Under the pieces are notes generated by a model. The model did no database searches. It was not told where the DNA came from and saw nothing but the letters and a program-made list of their open reading frames with translations. From positions 558,001 to 622,000 of the forward strand of contig CP158635.1 in assembly GCA_050273025.1 (NCBI GenBank): a stretch of DNA of 64,000 nucleotides, in the 5' to 3' direction. A program made the translations under genes and the position numbers. Of this stretch, positions 26,301 through 39,636 are shown piece after piece; within the stretch, counting starts at the first letter, position 1, and every line of letters begins with the position of its first letter. Source of the DNA: Cenococcum geophilum. Lineage: Eukaryota.

Positions 26301-27825
26301 TTATAGGTTATAGATTTATCTAAAGGTTAGTAGTTATTACGCCTTATAGGTGTCTTAGACAGCGATAGAAACCTATATCTTATTATAGACCCTAATATAA
26401 CTAAATACGCCAAATTCCGCTAATACTTATACTAATTTGCGCTTGGTAATAATATAACACAAAATAATAAAATTGGATTAATACTTGCGGTTAACGTAGT
26501 TATTATAAACCTAGCTAAGAAGGCTAATATTATTCTTATAATACCTAATATAGTCTTGCAGACTTATATATATTTTATTAGCGCTATATATATAGTTTTC
26601 TATAACAAGGCTAGGAAGGCGTCTAAGTTAGGTAGTCTTGCTAGGTTCGCTTAGAGTAAACTATATTTAATTTAGGGAGATCTATAAATCTAGGCTAGCA
26701 ACCTAGTGCCTTAAGTTCTCTTTAGTAATATATACTAACTAAAACCAATTCTTAGTCCTAATTTTAATAATCTATTCCACTATTAGAAATCTATCTCCCT
26801 TTATACGCGTCTCCTCGCGGCTAGTACGGATATGGTGTAGTTCTCACTATAATATTAATTTATTAAAGATATTGCATATCTTATAAATGCCGTTCTACCG
26901 TATAGCTAGCTTTAGATAAGCCTAATAGTTAAGGACTAAAAGCAGTTAAAGCTAGTAGTAAGCTTTTTTAAGGATATACTGCGCTGCGACTACCCTATTG
27001 CCTTCCTTGCTGTTAATAGTACTATATAGGTAAACGAGCTTAGCCAATTAACGTATAACCTGGTCTACGCTTAACGCGTATTCTAAGTAGCTATAGCGCT
27101 AATAGACTTTAGATTTAAGCTATTAGAGGTTAGCCTTACCGTTTTATATATAGTCTAACTTGCTATTTACTCCGCAGCGCTGTATACGCTTAAAGAATAG
27201 TATTATGCCTAGTAAGATAGCAGTAAGTAGCGGGAATTTGCACTAGTAGTTAGCGAGATTAAGGTCTTTACTGTTAACGGCATCTAAGGCAGCTAGGTAG
27301 AGTTATTAGTATATAATATAACAGTCGCTAGCCAGCTAAAATTTATCTAGAATATGGCGAGGAACCTTTTTATAATTACTAGACTATAAGCGGGCCTTAT
27401 TATTATTGGTAGTCCCTAAGTAGTTTATAATTATTATACCGGCGATAAAACCTTTATAAATACTGTATATTATAAAATTAAGAAGTGGTATAAGGATAAT
27501 AAGGTATTTATTAACCTTAAGAATTCTAAGCAGAAAAAGCACTTCTAGCAACTTATTGCCTCGTTTAATGTTAATAAAACTATATAGTATATTTACCGCT
27601 AGCATATAGCTAATTATACGCCCATTTTATATAGTATAAACGTTGACTTTAATATTACTATCCCTAACTTTACGGGTATAGTAAATATTAGCGGTATTAG
27701 TAATTATACTAAAGCGCAGAATAAGGCCAATAGAGAGGGCGCTAATAATAATAGCTAGGGCGGTGCCGGTAATAATAATAAGGATAATAATAGTGGAGAG
27801 GATGTTAGTGGTGTTAAAATATAAG
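23320..27825 (+). pseudogene. Five-CCHC zinc-knuckle + UPF1/DNA2-like superfamily-1 helicase gene, RIP-inactivated
   Basis: 24048-24320: five x-x2-x-x4-x-x4-x units with C/H mostly changed to Y (e.g. YNNYREAGYFKSNC). Walker A LI*CPSGVRKLT (~25870), Walker B VFYNKARKAS = DEAGKAS (~26596), GDL* (~26675), SL.TRL and L*Y*F (~26790-26860), TVNGI*GS* (~27270), RNLFIITRL*AGLIIIG (~27360-27410). Start approximate. Confidence 0.82.
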
Positions 27826-28559
27826 GAGGGTAGTAAGGATAGATATTATAGACTTTACTAGTAGCGAGACCCTTAAATAGGGATACTAGATAGAAGTTAA
27901 GAGCGGTAGTAGCTATAGGCCTTTAATATTTATAATTTTACTGCAGTACTAGGTAAAATACGGCATATTATAACATTATATATTACAGCTATATAAGATA
28001 AACTCTTAATAATTATAATCTCTAAAATAGATAAGCGTATTATAGTAAAGATAGCCTAATTTATAAAGCCTAGTGATCCTAGTTTCTATCACTTATAGGC
28101 TAGTAGTTAATTAATACTAATCCATAATCCAGATTTTAAGGGGTTATTTAGTTATAATTTATCGCTTTTAAATTTAAACTAAAAGTCTAGTAAAAAGAAC
28201 GCGTTCCTTCCCAATTTAATATACATCTATAGCTCTACGGGTTATATAGATATATGTAATTTAAAGCCTTTAGATTTAATCTAGAGTTTAAATAAGAAGC
28301 TTTAAGCTTTTGATTTAAACTAACGCTAAGACCTTAGTTTAGATTCTATATATAGTAAAGTTACTAACTTTTTAGTAACTTTTAGCATGTTTTTTAGAAC
28401 ATCAAAAATTTATAGCTAAAGTTAAGTTAAACTAGAATATAACTAAACGGTTGCCTTAGAATTAGATTAGAGCTTTAAATTAACTCTATTTTAAAGGCCT
28501 TATTTTAATCTAAATTTATAACTAAATGTTCCCTAAGTACTTAATTAGTTAGATTATAG

Positions 28560-30090
28560 TCTAGATATCTTATTAGCAACTACAACTATTATTAATTACT
28601 CTCCGTATAGTATAGGCCGCCTTTATTTTTATTAAACTATAATAACCTTAAATAGGATCTAATCCTTTTCTTACTATAGCTACTACTAAGGCAACGTAAC
28701 CTAACGCCCTCTCCTACTTATATTAGGTATGCTATTCCTAGTATTAGTATACCGTTACCATATTTTAAGAAACCTATCGCTAATACTATAGGCCCTTAAA
28801 ATAATACCTGTTTTACTATACTAGCTACTAGCTAGCAAAATATAGAATAAATATAATGTTTATATAGTTACCCTTAATAAAAGAGCCTATAGTAAAGGCA
28901 ATTCGCTATACTATATCTAGATAACCTAAAATTATATATATAGGTAATAATCTTAGGGCTTCCTAGTGTGATGGGAGGTCTTACTATAAGGCAAACTTAA
29001 TTAAAGTCACTATCTCTATATAGATTAGATTAACTATAATTAATTAATACCTTCTAGCCCGCCTAGTAAAATATATTACGCTAAAAATATGGCTAGATAA
29101 ACGTTAGTAATATATTACAATTATAACGGATACCTATATACTATCTCTATAGATAGCCGTAAATATAACCTAGCCTACCCTATAATAAACTGCCCTTAAT
29201 AAAGTAGCCCTTAAGGCCCTATTATTTCGAATAGGTATAGTCTATATAGGCGGCCTATATCCACTCCTTATTATAATCTACCCCGGCCTCTAAAAACATC
29301 TTAACTAGTAGCTAATATTTAACTATACGTAGGTCTTAAGGCGTATTAGACAGTAACATTAGACTTAAGGCTACGTCTATACTTAGAACTAAGTTTATAC
29401 CATCTAGTTTCCGCCTATAAAGTAGTATAATAAGTTATTTAAGATTATAGCCGCAGTTCTGCGTATAGTTAAGCTAGGATAAACTCTACGAGTTTACGGT
29501 AGCTGTATACCCCCTTTCCGCATCTTCTATATAGTTAATACTAGGCCGTCCTAGCACCTTTATCTTCTTATATATATTTAACTATATACAGGCTAGTATA
29601 TTCTATATAGCCTTATATACCTATAGCGCTAGTGCCTTTTCGCATTTTATTACCTAATAGATAACTTTCTAGATCGCCTGCTTGCGTAGTAAATTATTTA
29701 GTTATTTGCGAAATAAAACGTATAGGATGCCGTCCTTAATAATAACCTACTTAAAAGTCCGCTTAATAATATTAAGTCTCTCTATAGTAATGCCTAAGCC
29801 AGTAATAAGCTATATATCTTTTTATAGGTCTATAGCGCTTACAGAGTTATACTACACCGTATTTACGGCATACCGTTATTATATATTACGTCCCATTGTA
29901 AAAAAAACAGTCTAGTATCCTAAGTAGGGAATAGTAGTATTTAAAATCCTATACTTAGTATAACAGAGAGGCGGCGCGATATTAGTAATAAGTAGAGTCT
30001 CCTAGCCTAATATAACGCGATCTAGTGTAAATTAGCGTAAACTATAATGGGTTATACTATCTAGCGCGTTAATATCTACGGACATTGCTA
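28560..30090 (-). pseudogene. RIP-degenerate ORF-like region of unknown function inside the giant element
   Basis: Coding-like composition between the helicase and transposase; family not recognised; strand and limits tentative. Confidence 0.25.
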
Positions 30091-33000
30091 TGCTCTTACT
30101 ATACTCCTTCTATCTTAACTAGCTTATAATATAGTATAAGCTATAAATACTACTTTAAATATATAGTTCTACACAGATATTATTTTCGGCTCCCTTTTAA
30201 CTAAACTATAGCAAATTATAGCTTAATACGGCAATTTATAAATAAGCTCTATTTAGCGGTAATATAGAAAGTATAGGACCAAAGTAAAAAGCATAGGCAG
30301 TCTAACCTGTTATAAATAATATTGTTTAAGATAACAGAAACGGAAAAAGGGTAGATATAAGGGCGTTAATATTAAAGAGATAAATAATAATATACTCTTA
30401 CGCTATTAAAGCTTAGAGGAATATTAGATAGCCTATTATAGGGCCGAGCTAGAGTAATATAATAAGTAGTCACTTACATAATATATGGACGACGATATAC
30501 TATTATGCTATTAAACCTTAGAAGGGCATTATATAACTAATTATAAGGCCGAATTAGAGTAAGGTAATAAGTGGCCACCTATATAAGCTTTAGGCAATAA
30601 TATTATTAATAAACTAAATAATAGGGCTGCGGATATGCACTATAATAATAATTCCGTAATATTTAATAGGGTATATAACCTAGCGATAGTTAAGACCGAT
30701 TGGTAAACTTTAACTAGAATATCTATAAACGTCTTTTAGACTAAAATATTTAAAGAGGCCACTAGCCGCGCTATAGAAAAGCCTTTGGGACGGAACTAAG
30801 GAAATCCGCAAACTGTAGATAATACTGCAGTAGTATACAATATTATACCGCGTATTAAGCGTACTAGCAGTGCACTAGATAAGACACCTCCCCTATTTTA
30901 TCTATTTAGTAGTAAGGTAGAATATATATAGGTTTTATAGTAGGTAAGCTACAGGACTTCTAGCCGCGCTATTAATGAGTAGTTTAACGATATTAGGCTT
31001 TAGGGAATGTTTACTAACTATTTTTCTTACTAGAGTGCTAACAATATTAAAGCAAAACTACTTTTAAAATAGATATAATCTAAGAGTAATTAACCGTAGT
31101 AGATTAAAATAATTATAACCGTAGGGGACTAGTAGCTGCTAGTATATTACCAAAATGCTCTAAAGATTGTGTCCTTTTTTATTAGTTACGGCCCTTTTTA
31201 AGAAGATATAACTTTCTCGCTAGTAAGATAGTACTTATTAGTAGGAATAAGAATATATAATGGGCTTGATACGGCAAACTAGTGGTAAAAGACGTAAGAG
31301 TAGCTACCGCTTAGCGTAACTATAGTGCTAATTATATTAGCTAGCAATAAGACCTAACTAATACAATACGCTAGCGGCAAGAAAGTATAGCTGCTTTATA
31401 TTTTAATTAGAAATATTAAACTGCGTATTTAATAATCCGTAAATTAACTAGCCCTATTACTACTTATATACCTCCTAGTCTATATACCTAGCAACTAAAT
31501 AATATAACTAGCAGTGCAATATAAGACCCTCACGGCTATCCTTAAATGTATACTTTAGCGATAACCCTACTACTAGTATAGTTATACTAATAATGTGGGA
31601 GGGTACGACCACTCTTAGATAGGAAAGTCACAGTGCCGTCTGTCTGTCTGTCGGTCGGTCGGTCGGTCGGTCGGTCGGTCGGTCGTCAGTCGTAATCAAT
31701 TAGTAGGAAAGCAGTTAGTAAGAAGAAAGGAAAGAATGTATTCCGGTAGGTCGTGGTGGCCAAGAAGGAGGGAAGCCGAAGGCTCTATAAATACAAGAAA
31801 ATGCCAAGGTACTAGGCGTAAGCCATTTTACCCCACTATATACCTCCCCCACTAAGAACGTTGTCCCCTAACGTTCTATATAATAGAAGAATAGCCCAAA
31901 GAAAGCATAGCGAAAGCAGAATAGAAAAAGGAAAGCACATCCCTAAAAGAACGCAGATAACCTTGTCCTTAGCTCCTATAGAACTGTTCTACGGCGTCCT
32001 TCTATTATCTATAGCTAAGATCCGACCTAGTAACTAGGAGTAACTAGGACAGCAGTAAATCAGAAATAATAGCGACAGTAGCAATAGCAGTAATAGCAGT
32101 AACAACAGTAATAGTAGTAGTAGTAACGGTAATAGAAATAGCAATAAAAGCAGGTATCTAGCGCAGTAAAATAAAACAGGACGGTTAGCGGTAGAATGGT
32201 CAGTAATAAAACAGTTAGTAGAAGAACTCGGTCCGTATAGCAAGCAATAGGACATCTGGCAGTAGAACTTTTAATAAAAGAATACTTAGTAACGGCAGAC
32301 GGTCGATAGCAGTTGGTTAGTAGCAGTCGGTTAAAATAGTAGTAGTAGAATAATTGGAACAGTGGAACGGAACAGTTAAACAGCAGTAGTAGAATAGCTA
32401 GTCGGAACAGCAGTAGCAGTAACAGTAGTAGTAGAACAGTTGGTCGGCGGCGGTCGGTCGGAGTAGCGCTTAGTGGAAATAGTAGAACGGAATAGGTCGG
32501 TTAGAATAGTTAGGCGTTATAGCAGATCTAGTAGATCTAGTAGTAAAATAGATCTAGTAATAGTACAGATCTAGAACGGTAGAGACAGCAGTTGGTTAAG
32601 ATAGTAAGAATGAAATAGCTAGACGGAATAGCGGCAGCAGCGGCAGCGGTAGTAGGGCAGTTAATTAAGACGGTAGAGGCTATAACCCAACTCGATTATT
32701 CGGCTGGCTGTTTGATATTAAGACTCTGTATCTAGCTCTGTATCAATCTACATTATACACGGCTCTCAATTAAGGCTCTATCCGTGGCGTTGCATTAGGC
32801 CCTATATCGTTAAGCTTTACGTCCGTATAGCTCTGCAGCTAACTATGCGTCTAACTGTGCGTCAGTAGCTCTGTATTGCATATTCTGCGTCTATAGTTCT
32901 AAAACGTCGACTAGTAATGCTTCCGACGATCTATTAACTATATACTGTTTTCCTATATAGGCCTAGTGTCTATGTGCGTGCCTATATGCCTGCTTTAATT

Positions 33001-34229
33001 GCCGGACGAAGACTGTCTAATTGGTTAGCGACAACGTGCTGTAACTAATTGTTCGGTTATTTAATTAAAGTAGAAAGTCGGCCTAGTTAAAAGCTCTAAT
33101 TATCCTAATTTAAATGCAGAGATGGTGTTTAGCTAATCGAGATCTAACAAGACCCTGGCTTAACTTAAGGTGTCTTCTACTATGCGTATAACTGGGGCTT
33201 TACATCCGTAGATAGCTAATTAAGGCTTCTATATAGACGTCTAATTAGTTAAGGTTCCGCATCTGCCGTTTAATTAAGGCTTCGTATCTATAGGCGTCCA
33301 GTTAAGCTGCCGTACTGTTATCCAATTAAGGCTCTATACCTATATACTCTATATCTATAGACTCCGTATAAAACTCCGTGTAAAGCTCCGTATCTATATC
33401 TATAGGAAAGATCGTTCTAATATAAATCCGTAGGCGTTAAGACGTGCGGCAATTAATTAACTAAGGGGTTAAAGGGAGAGGCTCTCGCAGAGGCTCTAAG
33501 ACGTTAATTAGCCGTGTTTCTAATGTTCTATTAGCCGTATACTGGTTTCCTAATTAGGCCTACTCTACTACCTACGCTAATATCTAGTATCTTTTACTAG
33601 CGGTTAAAGATGTTTAGTTGGCTGGCGACAGGTAACTGATTTAATTTAGCTGCGACAGGGTATAATCGTCTAACGTTTAAATAGGGTATTAGGTCGGCCC
33701 GGTCGAAGACTCTAATTTAACAACTTAACTATAGAGGTAGCGTTTAACTAATTTAATTCAGTGACGGCAACGTGCTAATATTAAGGCTCTGGCTTAATTT
33801 AACTCTTTAACCAGTTATGGCTTTTATACGGTCGCTTAACTAATCAAGGCTTCTATACAGTTATTTAATTAAGACTTTACGTCTAGCTCTGCGTCTAGCT
33901 CTATATTATATAATCAGCTCTATATCCGTGTAATTAATTAAGGCTCCTAGTGCCGTTCTCATTATACAGCTAGCGCATCGTTAAATTCTAGGGGCAGTAT
34001 AGAGTTCTGCCGGCTTTACTACTAAATGGACCAATTAGGATTTTCCGTCCCTGGGATAGAAAATCGCTATTAGCTCGGCGATAGGCGGTAAGCTAAACTA
34101 ACATCTTTACGGCAGGTCGTCTTAACGCGTTATAATTAAGAAAGTAAATAAGAACGGAGCTTTAGGAAATATAGTAAATAAGTAGATAAATAGAAATCTT
34201 TTATACGGCCGTTACCTACGTCCCCTCCC

Positions 34230-36620
34230 CTACCTTAGAACTTAACTGTCCCCTAGTTAAACATTCTATACCTACTATAGAGTTTGCTTTAAGCGTCTAC
34301 CTCTAATAACCGTCTCTAATAACTGTCTCTAAGGGTTAGGTAATTCTAATAGTAGTCCTCCCTAGCTTTAGCTGCCTTCTCTATAGGCCGTAACCTAATC
34401 TATATATAGTCTTCTAGTCGTATATTACTCTTCTATGGCTTAATAGCTGTCCTAGTTGCGCGGCTGTCTTTAAGGGTTAGGCGATTTTAATAGTAGTCCC
34501 TTTAGTTTATACTTTTTTTGTTACTAATCTCTAGTACTGCTCTATCATAGAAGGCCCGTTACTGCGTCTATTCTTTTCTTAGTCTCTCTAGGTCCGTTCC
34601 CTAATACGTACAGAGCCAGTTCTTAATACCCTCTAGCCGTCCTTTATTGCCGAGCTAAGGTAGTTTAGGTCTAGGTCGGTTACGTATTCTAGCTACTAGT
34701 CTTCCTTAATTAGATAGATGTATAAGTCCTTACTAAATAAGATCCTTTAAGCCTTAATACTCGTACTTAGTAAAACGGTAACTTCCTCCGCATCTAAAAT
34801 AGGTCTATTAGCCTAGGCCAGATCGCGTGCTATCCTGCTAACCCTATACGTCCTACTACTGTCGTCTAAAGGCAGTAGAATCTTATGGATATTAAAAGTC
34901 TTACGGAGCAAAGGGAGCTTGGGTGCTATTCTGCTAGTCTTTATATCCTAGTACTAGGCTATATCCTTATACTAGGCCTTAAGCTATAGCCTGGTTTAAT
35001 AGCGTTATAAGCTTCTTTAGGTCTATTTGTATTTAATTAAGGAACGGCATTGATTGTATAGCTACTGCAGGCTCCGTCTTGCTTAGCCTTAGGCTCTTTA
35101 GCTAGCTTTCTATTTCACCAATTTCTTAATCTATAGTAGGGGGTAACTACTGCCGCGTTAGGGCTCCTCCGTATATACCTAGTCTACCTAGGTCCTAATA
35201 TCTTCCTTCCCTTTAGCGGCCGAGCTCCTTAAATTCTGGGCTCGTTTCCTGATTGGCTTAACGGGCATCGGCTGTCTTACTTGGCTGGAAGATTGTAGGT
35301 GGTTAAATAGTAGTATCTTTGCTTATGGCTGGCTGCTAATTATAGAACTGCTTAACCAGCTAACAAAGGCTCTACTTCTTAGGGTCCATTTTTAACAGAT
35401 AATCTGCGCCCTTATATAAACTAAGCCTATTCTCTACGGCTCTCTATAGCTGATAAAAGTTAAAGAATTCTCGTCTATCTGGATTAGCTCCCGTTTTAGC
35501 TATAGCATATCTTTAATACTTAAGCGAAAGTCCTTTTATAAATAAGTATCCTCGCTAACCGTTCTCTAGGTTACCTGCTTTAGTAGCCTTTTAAGAAATT
35601 AATATAAACTGTCTACAGTACTCGCGTATACTGTTTGACGGATTGTCCCTATACTGCTATATATAGGCTTTTAAGAATTCTACCGTTTCTATTTATCGAA
35701 ATTGGTTACTTCCTTAGTATTCTGCCCTAAGCTTTCTTATAAGCTCCGTCTAGCCACTAGCTATAAATTTAGGCAAGCTTTAGATCCACATCCCTATCTA
35801 GTAATTACAGTACTCTAGAAGGCCCTAGTGCTTCTCCTCACTTATTGCGTAGTATTGGACGCATAGCCGTTTATACTGCTTAATAAACTGTAATATATTC
35901 TGTCCTGCGAAGTAGGGAGTTCTAATAGTTCCTAGGGCTGGCATAGGCTAAACCATAATATAGATCTTGTCTCGAGCCGTCAACTACTGGTTATAGGATA
36001 GTGTATCTAGAGCTTCCTTAGGAGCTTGCAGGTAATCCTTACGGCTCCTATCCTTTATCTGCTAAGAGTTATTAATCCTAGGTGTTATAAGTAAACGCTA
36101 TAGTAAGTCTGCTTGCATTGCTACCTAAGGTAATAGTGTCCTAGATAGCTGTCCTGGTGTTAGTTTATACTTAGCAAAAGAAGTATAGGCTTTGGTTCCT
36201 TCTAGCTACTTCTTAACGCCTAGAGGCCGGTCTTCCTAGAAGAGTATAAAATCGCTATCTTTTACTACTACCGGGTCTTAATACGTCTATCTATTTTAGC
36301 CTACCGTTGCTCCGCACAGTAGGGTGCTGCTAAGCCTTACACTTCCACCTGTATCTACTTCTTTATAGAACGCCTTTAGAGCTGCCGTAGATATAATCTA
36401 GATAACTTAAAAGAAGATAAAGCTAAGCTAGAATAGGAAGCTTTTAAGGGCAGATCTAATCTCGTGTACTTATAACCTTAGCTAGTATTCTCTCTTCTAT
36501 TCCTAAAGGGCAGCGCTAACTTCCTCTGCCGCTAGATACCTTAGATCTCGTTTCCATCTAATTAATTAGCTCTTAGCTTATTGTCTCTATATCTTTAATA
36601 AAGCTTTAGCCATGCTCGTG
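34230..36620 (-). pseudogene. gag-like ORF, tandem unit 1
   Basis: PYFAGQN motif at ~35890-35950 and CF(G)CGGS(H)RFTK(H)E(C) knuckle at ~34757-34802; RIP stops; limits approximate. Confidence 0.7.
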
Positions 36621-39600
36621 CGCGGGTAGTAGAAATATCAGGTAATTCCAACCGGTTAAAGTCGTCTAATTAGCTCGCCTGTTCGCTAGACATCCTTACT
36701 TATAATTTCTATAACACTCTTTTACCTCCTATTGCCACTCTTTAGCCTATACATCAAGTCTAATGTCTATCTTTTCCGCTGTCTTTCTGTTTAGGGACTA
36801 CCTGGTTCCCCTTACTATCCGATACTGCCTAGTTCTCTACTTCTGCTATCTTATTAGTCTAGCTAGCGGTTCTTTTATAGCTAATTATTCTTTTACAGCT
36901 AGCGGTTCTTCTATAGCTATAATATATTCCTGCGTATCTCCTATATATATAGTTGTGTATAAAATACCAGACTTCTAATCTAAAGAGCTTGCCGTCGTCC
37001 CTATGTGGAATGCCATAAAATATATAGGAGGGTACGACCACTCTCAGATAGGAAAGTCACAGTGCCGTCTATTTGTCTGTCGGTCAGTCAGTCGGTCGGT
37101 TGGTCGGTCGTCAGTTGTAATCAATTAGTAGGAAAGCAGTCAGTAAGAAGAAAGGAAAGAATATATTCCGGTAGGTTGTGGTGGCCAAGAAGGAGGGAAG
37201 CCGAAGGCTTTATAAATATAAGAAAATGCCAAGGTACTAGGCGTGAGCCATTTTACCCCACTATATACCTCCCCTACTAAGAACGTTGTCCCCTAACGTT
37301 CTATACAATAGAAGAATAGCCTAAAGAAAGCATAGCGAAAGTAGAATAGAAAAAGGAAAGCATATCCCTAAAAGAACGCAGATAACCTCGTCCTTAGCTT
37401 CTATAGAACTGTTCTATAGCGTCCTTCTATTATCTATAGCTAAGATCTGACCTAGTAACTAGGAGTAACTAGAACAGCAGTAAATCAGAAATAATAGCGA
37501 CAGTAGCAATAGCAGTAATAGTAGTAGTAGTAACGGCAATAGAAATAGTAATAAAAGTAGGTATTTAGCGTAGTAAAATAAAACAGGACGGTTAGCGGTA
37601 GAACGGTTAGTAATAAAATAGTTAGTAGAAGAACTTGGTCTGTATAGCAAGCAATAGGATATCTAGTAGTAGAACTTTTAATAGAAGAACACTTAGTAAC
37701 GGCAGACGGTCGATAGCAGTCGGTTAGTAGCAGTTGGTTAAAATAGCAGTAGTAGAATAATTAGAACAGTGGAACGGAATAGTTAAACAGTAGCAGCAGA
37801 ATAGCTAGTCGGAACAGTAGTAGCAGTAATAGTAGTAGTAGAACAGTCGGTCGGCGGCGGTTAGTTAAAGTAGCGCTTAGTGGAAATAGTAGAACGGAAC
37901 AGGTCGGTTAGAATAGTTGGGCGTTATAGTAGATCTAGCAGATCTAGCAGTAAAATAGATCTAGTAACGGTACAGATCTAGAACGGTAGAGATAGTAGTT
38001 AATTAAGACAGCAAGAATGAAATAGCTGGACGGAATAGCGGTAGCAGCGGCAGCAGTAGTAGGGCAGTTAATTAAGACGGCAGAGGCTATAACCCGACTC
38101 GATCGTTCGGCTGGCCGTTTAATATTAAGACTCTGTATCTAGCTCTGCATCGATCTACATCGTATACAGCTCTTAATTAAGGCTCTATCCGTGGCGTTGC
38201 ATTAGGCCCTATATCGTTAAGCTTTACGTCCGCATAGCTCTGCAGCTGACTGTGCGTCTAACTATGCGTCAGTAGCTCTGTATTGCATATTCTGCGTCTA
38301 TGGTTTTAAAACATCAACTAATAATACTTCCGACGATCTACTAACTGTATACTGTTTTCCTATATAGGCCTAGTGTCTATATGCGTGCCTATATGCCTAC
38401 TTTAATTGCCGGACAAAGACTATCTAATTAGTTGGCAACAACGTACTGCAACTAATCGTTTGGTTATTTAATTAAAGTAGAAAGTCGGCCTAGTCGAAAG
38501 CTCTAATTGTCCTAATTTAAATGCGGAGACGGCGTTCAGCTAATTAAGATCCAACAAGGCCCTGGCTTAACTCAAGGTGTCTTCTACTATGCGTACAACT
38601 AAGGCTTTATATCCGTAGACAGCTAATTAAGGCTTCTGTATAGACGTCCAATTAGTTAAGGTTCCGCATCTACCGTTTAATTAAGGCTTTGCATCTATAG
38701 GCGTCCAGTTAAGCTGCCGTACTATTATCTAATTAAGGCTCTGCACTTGTATGCTCTATATCTATAAACTCCGTATAAAACTTTATATAAAGCTCCGTAT
38801 CTATATCTATAGGAAAGATCGTTCTAATATAAATCTATAGGCGTTAAGACGTGCGGCAATTAATTAACTAAGGGGTTAAAGGAAGAGGCTCTCGCAGAGG
38901 CTCTAAGACGTTAATTAGCCGTATTTCTGATGTTCTATTAGCCGTATACTAGTTTCCTAATTAGGCCTGCTCTACTACCTACGCTAATATCTAGTATCTT
39001 TTACTGGCGGTTAAAGATATTTAGTTAGCTGGCGACGGGTAACTGATTTAATTTGGCTGCGATAGTGTATAATCGTCTAACGTTTAAATAGGGTATTAGG
39101 TCGGCCCGGTCGAAGACTCTAATTTAACAACTTAACTATAGAGGCAGCGTTTGACTAATTTAATTCAGTAACGGCAACGTGCTAACATTGAGGCTCTGGC
39201 TTAATTCGACTCTTTAACTAGTTATAGCTTCTATACGGTCGCTTAACTAATTAAGGCTTCTATGCAGTTATTTAATTAAGACTTTACGTCTAGCTCTACA
39301 TCTAGCTCTATATTATACAATCGGCTCTATATCTATGCAATTAATTAAGGCTCCTAGTGCCGTTTTTATTATATAGCTGGCGCATCGTTAAATTCTAGGG
39401 GCGGTATAGAGTTCTGCCGGCTTTACTACTAAATAGACCAATTAGGATTTTCCGTCCCCGGGATAGAAAATTGCTATTAGCTCGGCAATAGGCGGTAAGC
39501 TGAACTAATATCTTTACGGCAGGTTGTCTTAACACGTCGCGATTAAGAAAGTAAATAAGAACGGAGCTTTAGGAAATATAGTAAATAAGCAGATAAATAG

Positions 39601-39636
39601 AAATCTTTTATACGGCCGTTACCTACGTCCCCTCCC

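Noticed and set aside
23320..27825. Helitron Rep-helicase
   Set aside because: Motifs are UPF1/DNA2-like rather than Pif1-like, no HUH Rep motifs were seen, and the enclosing element has TIRs and a TSD.
32034..32255. Poly-Leu membrane protein ORFs (also 37459-37650)
   Set aside because: Translation of RIPed (AGC/AGT)n triplet repeats inside the LTR element.
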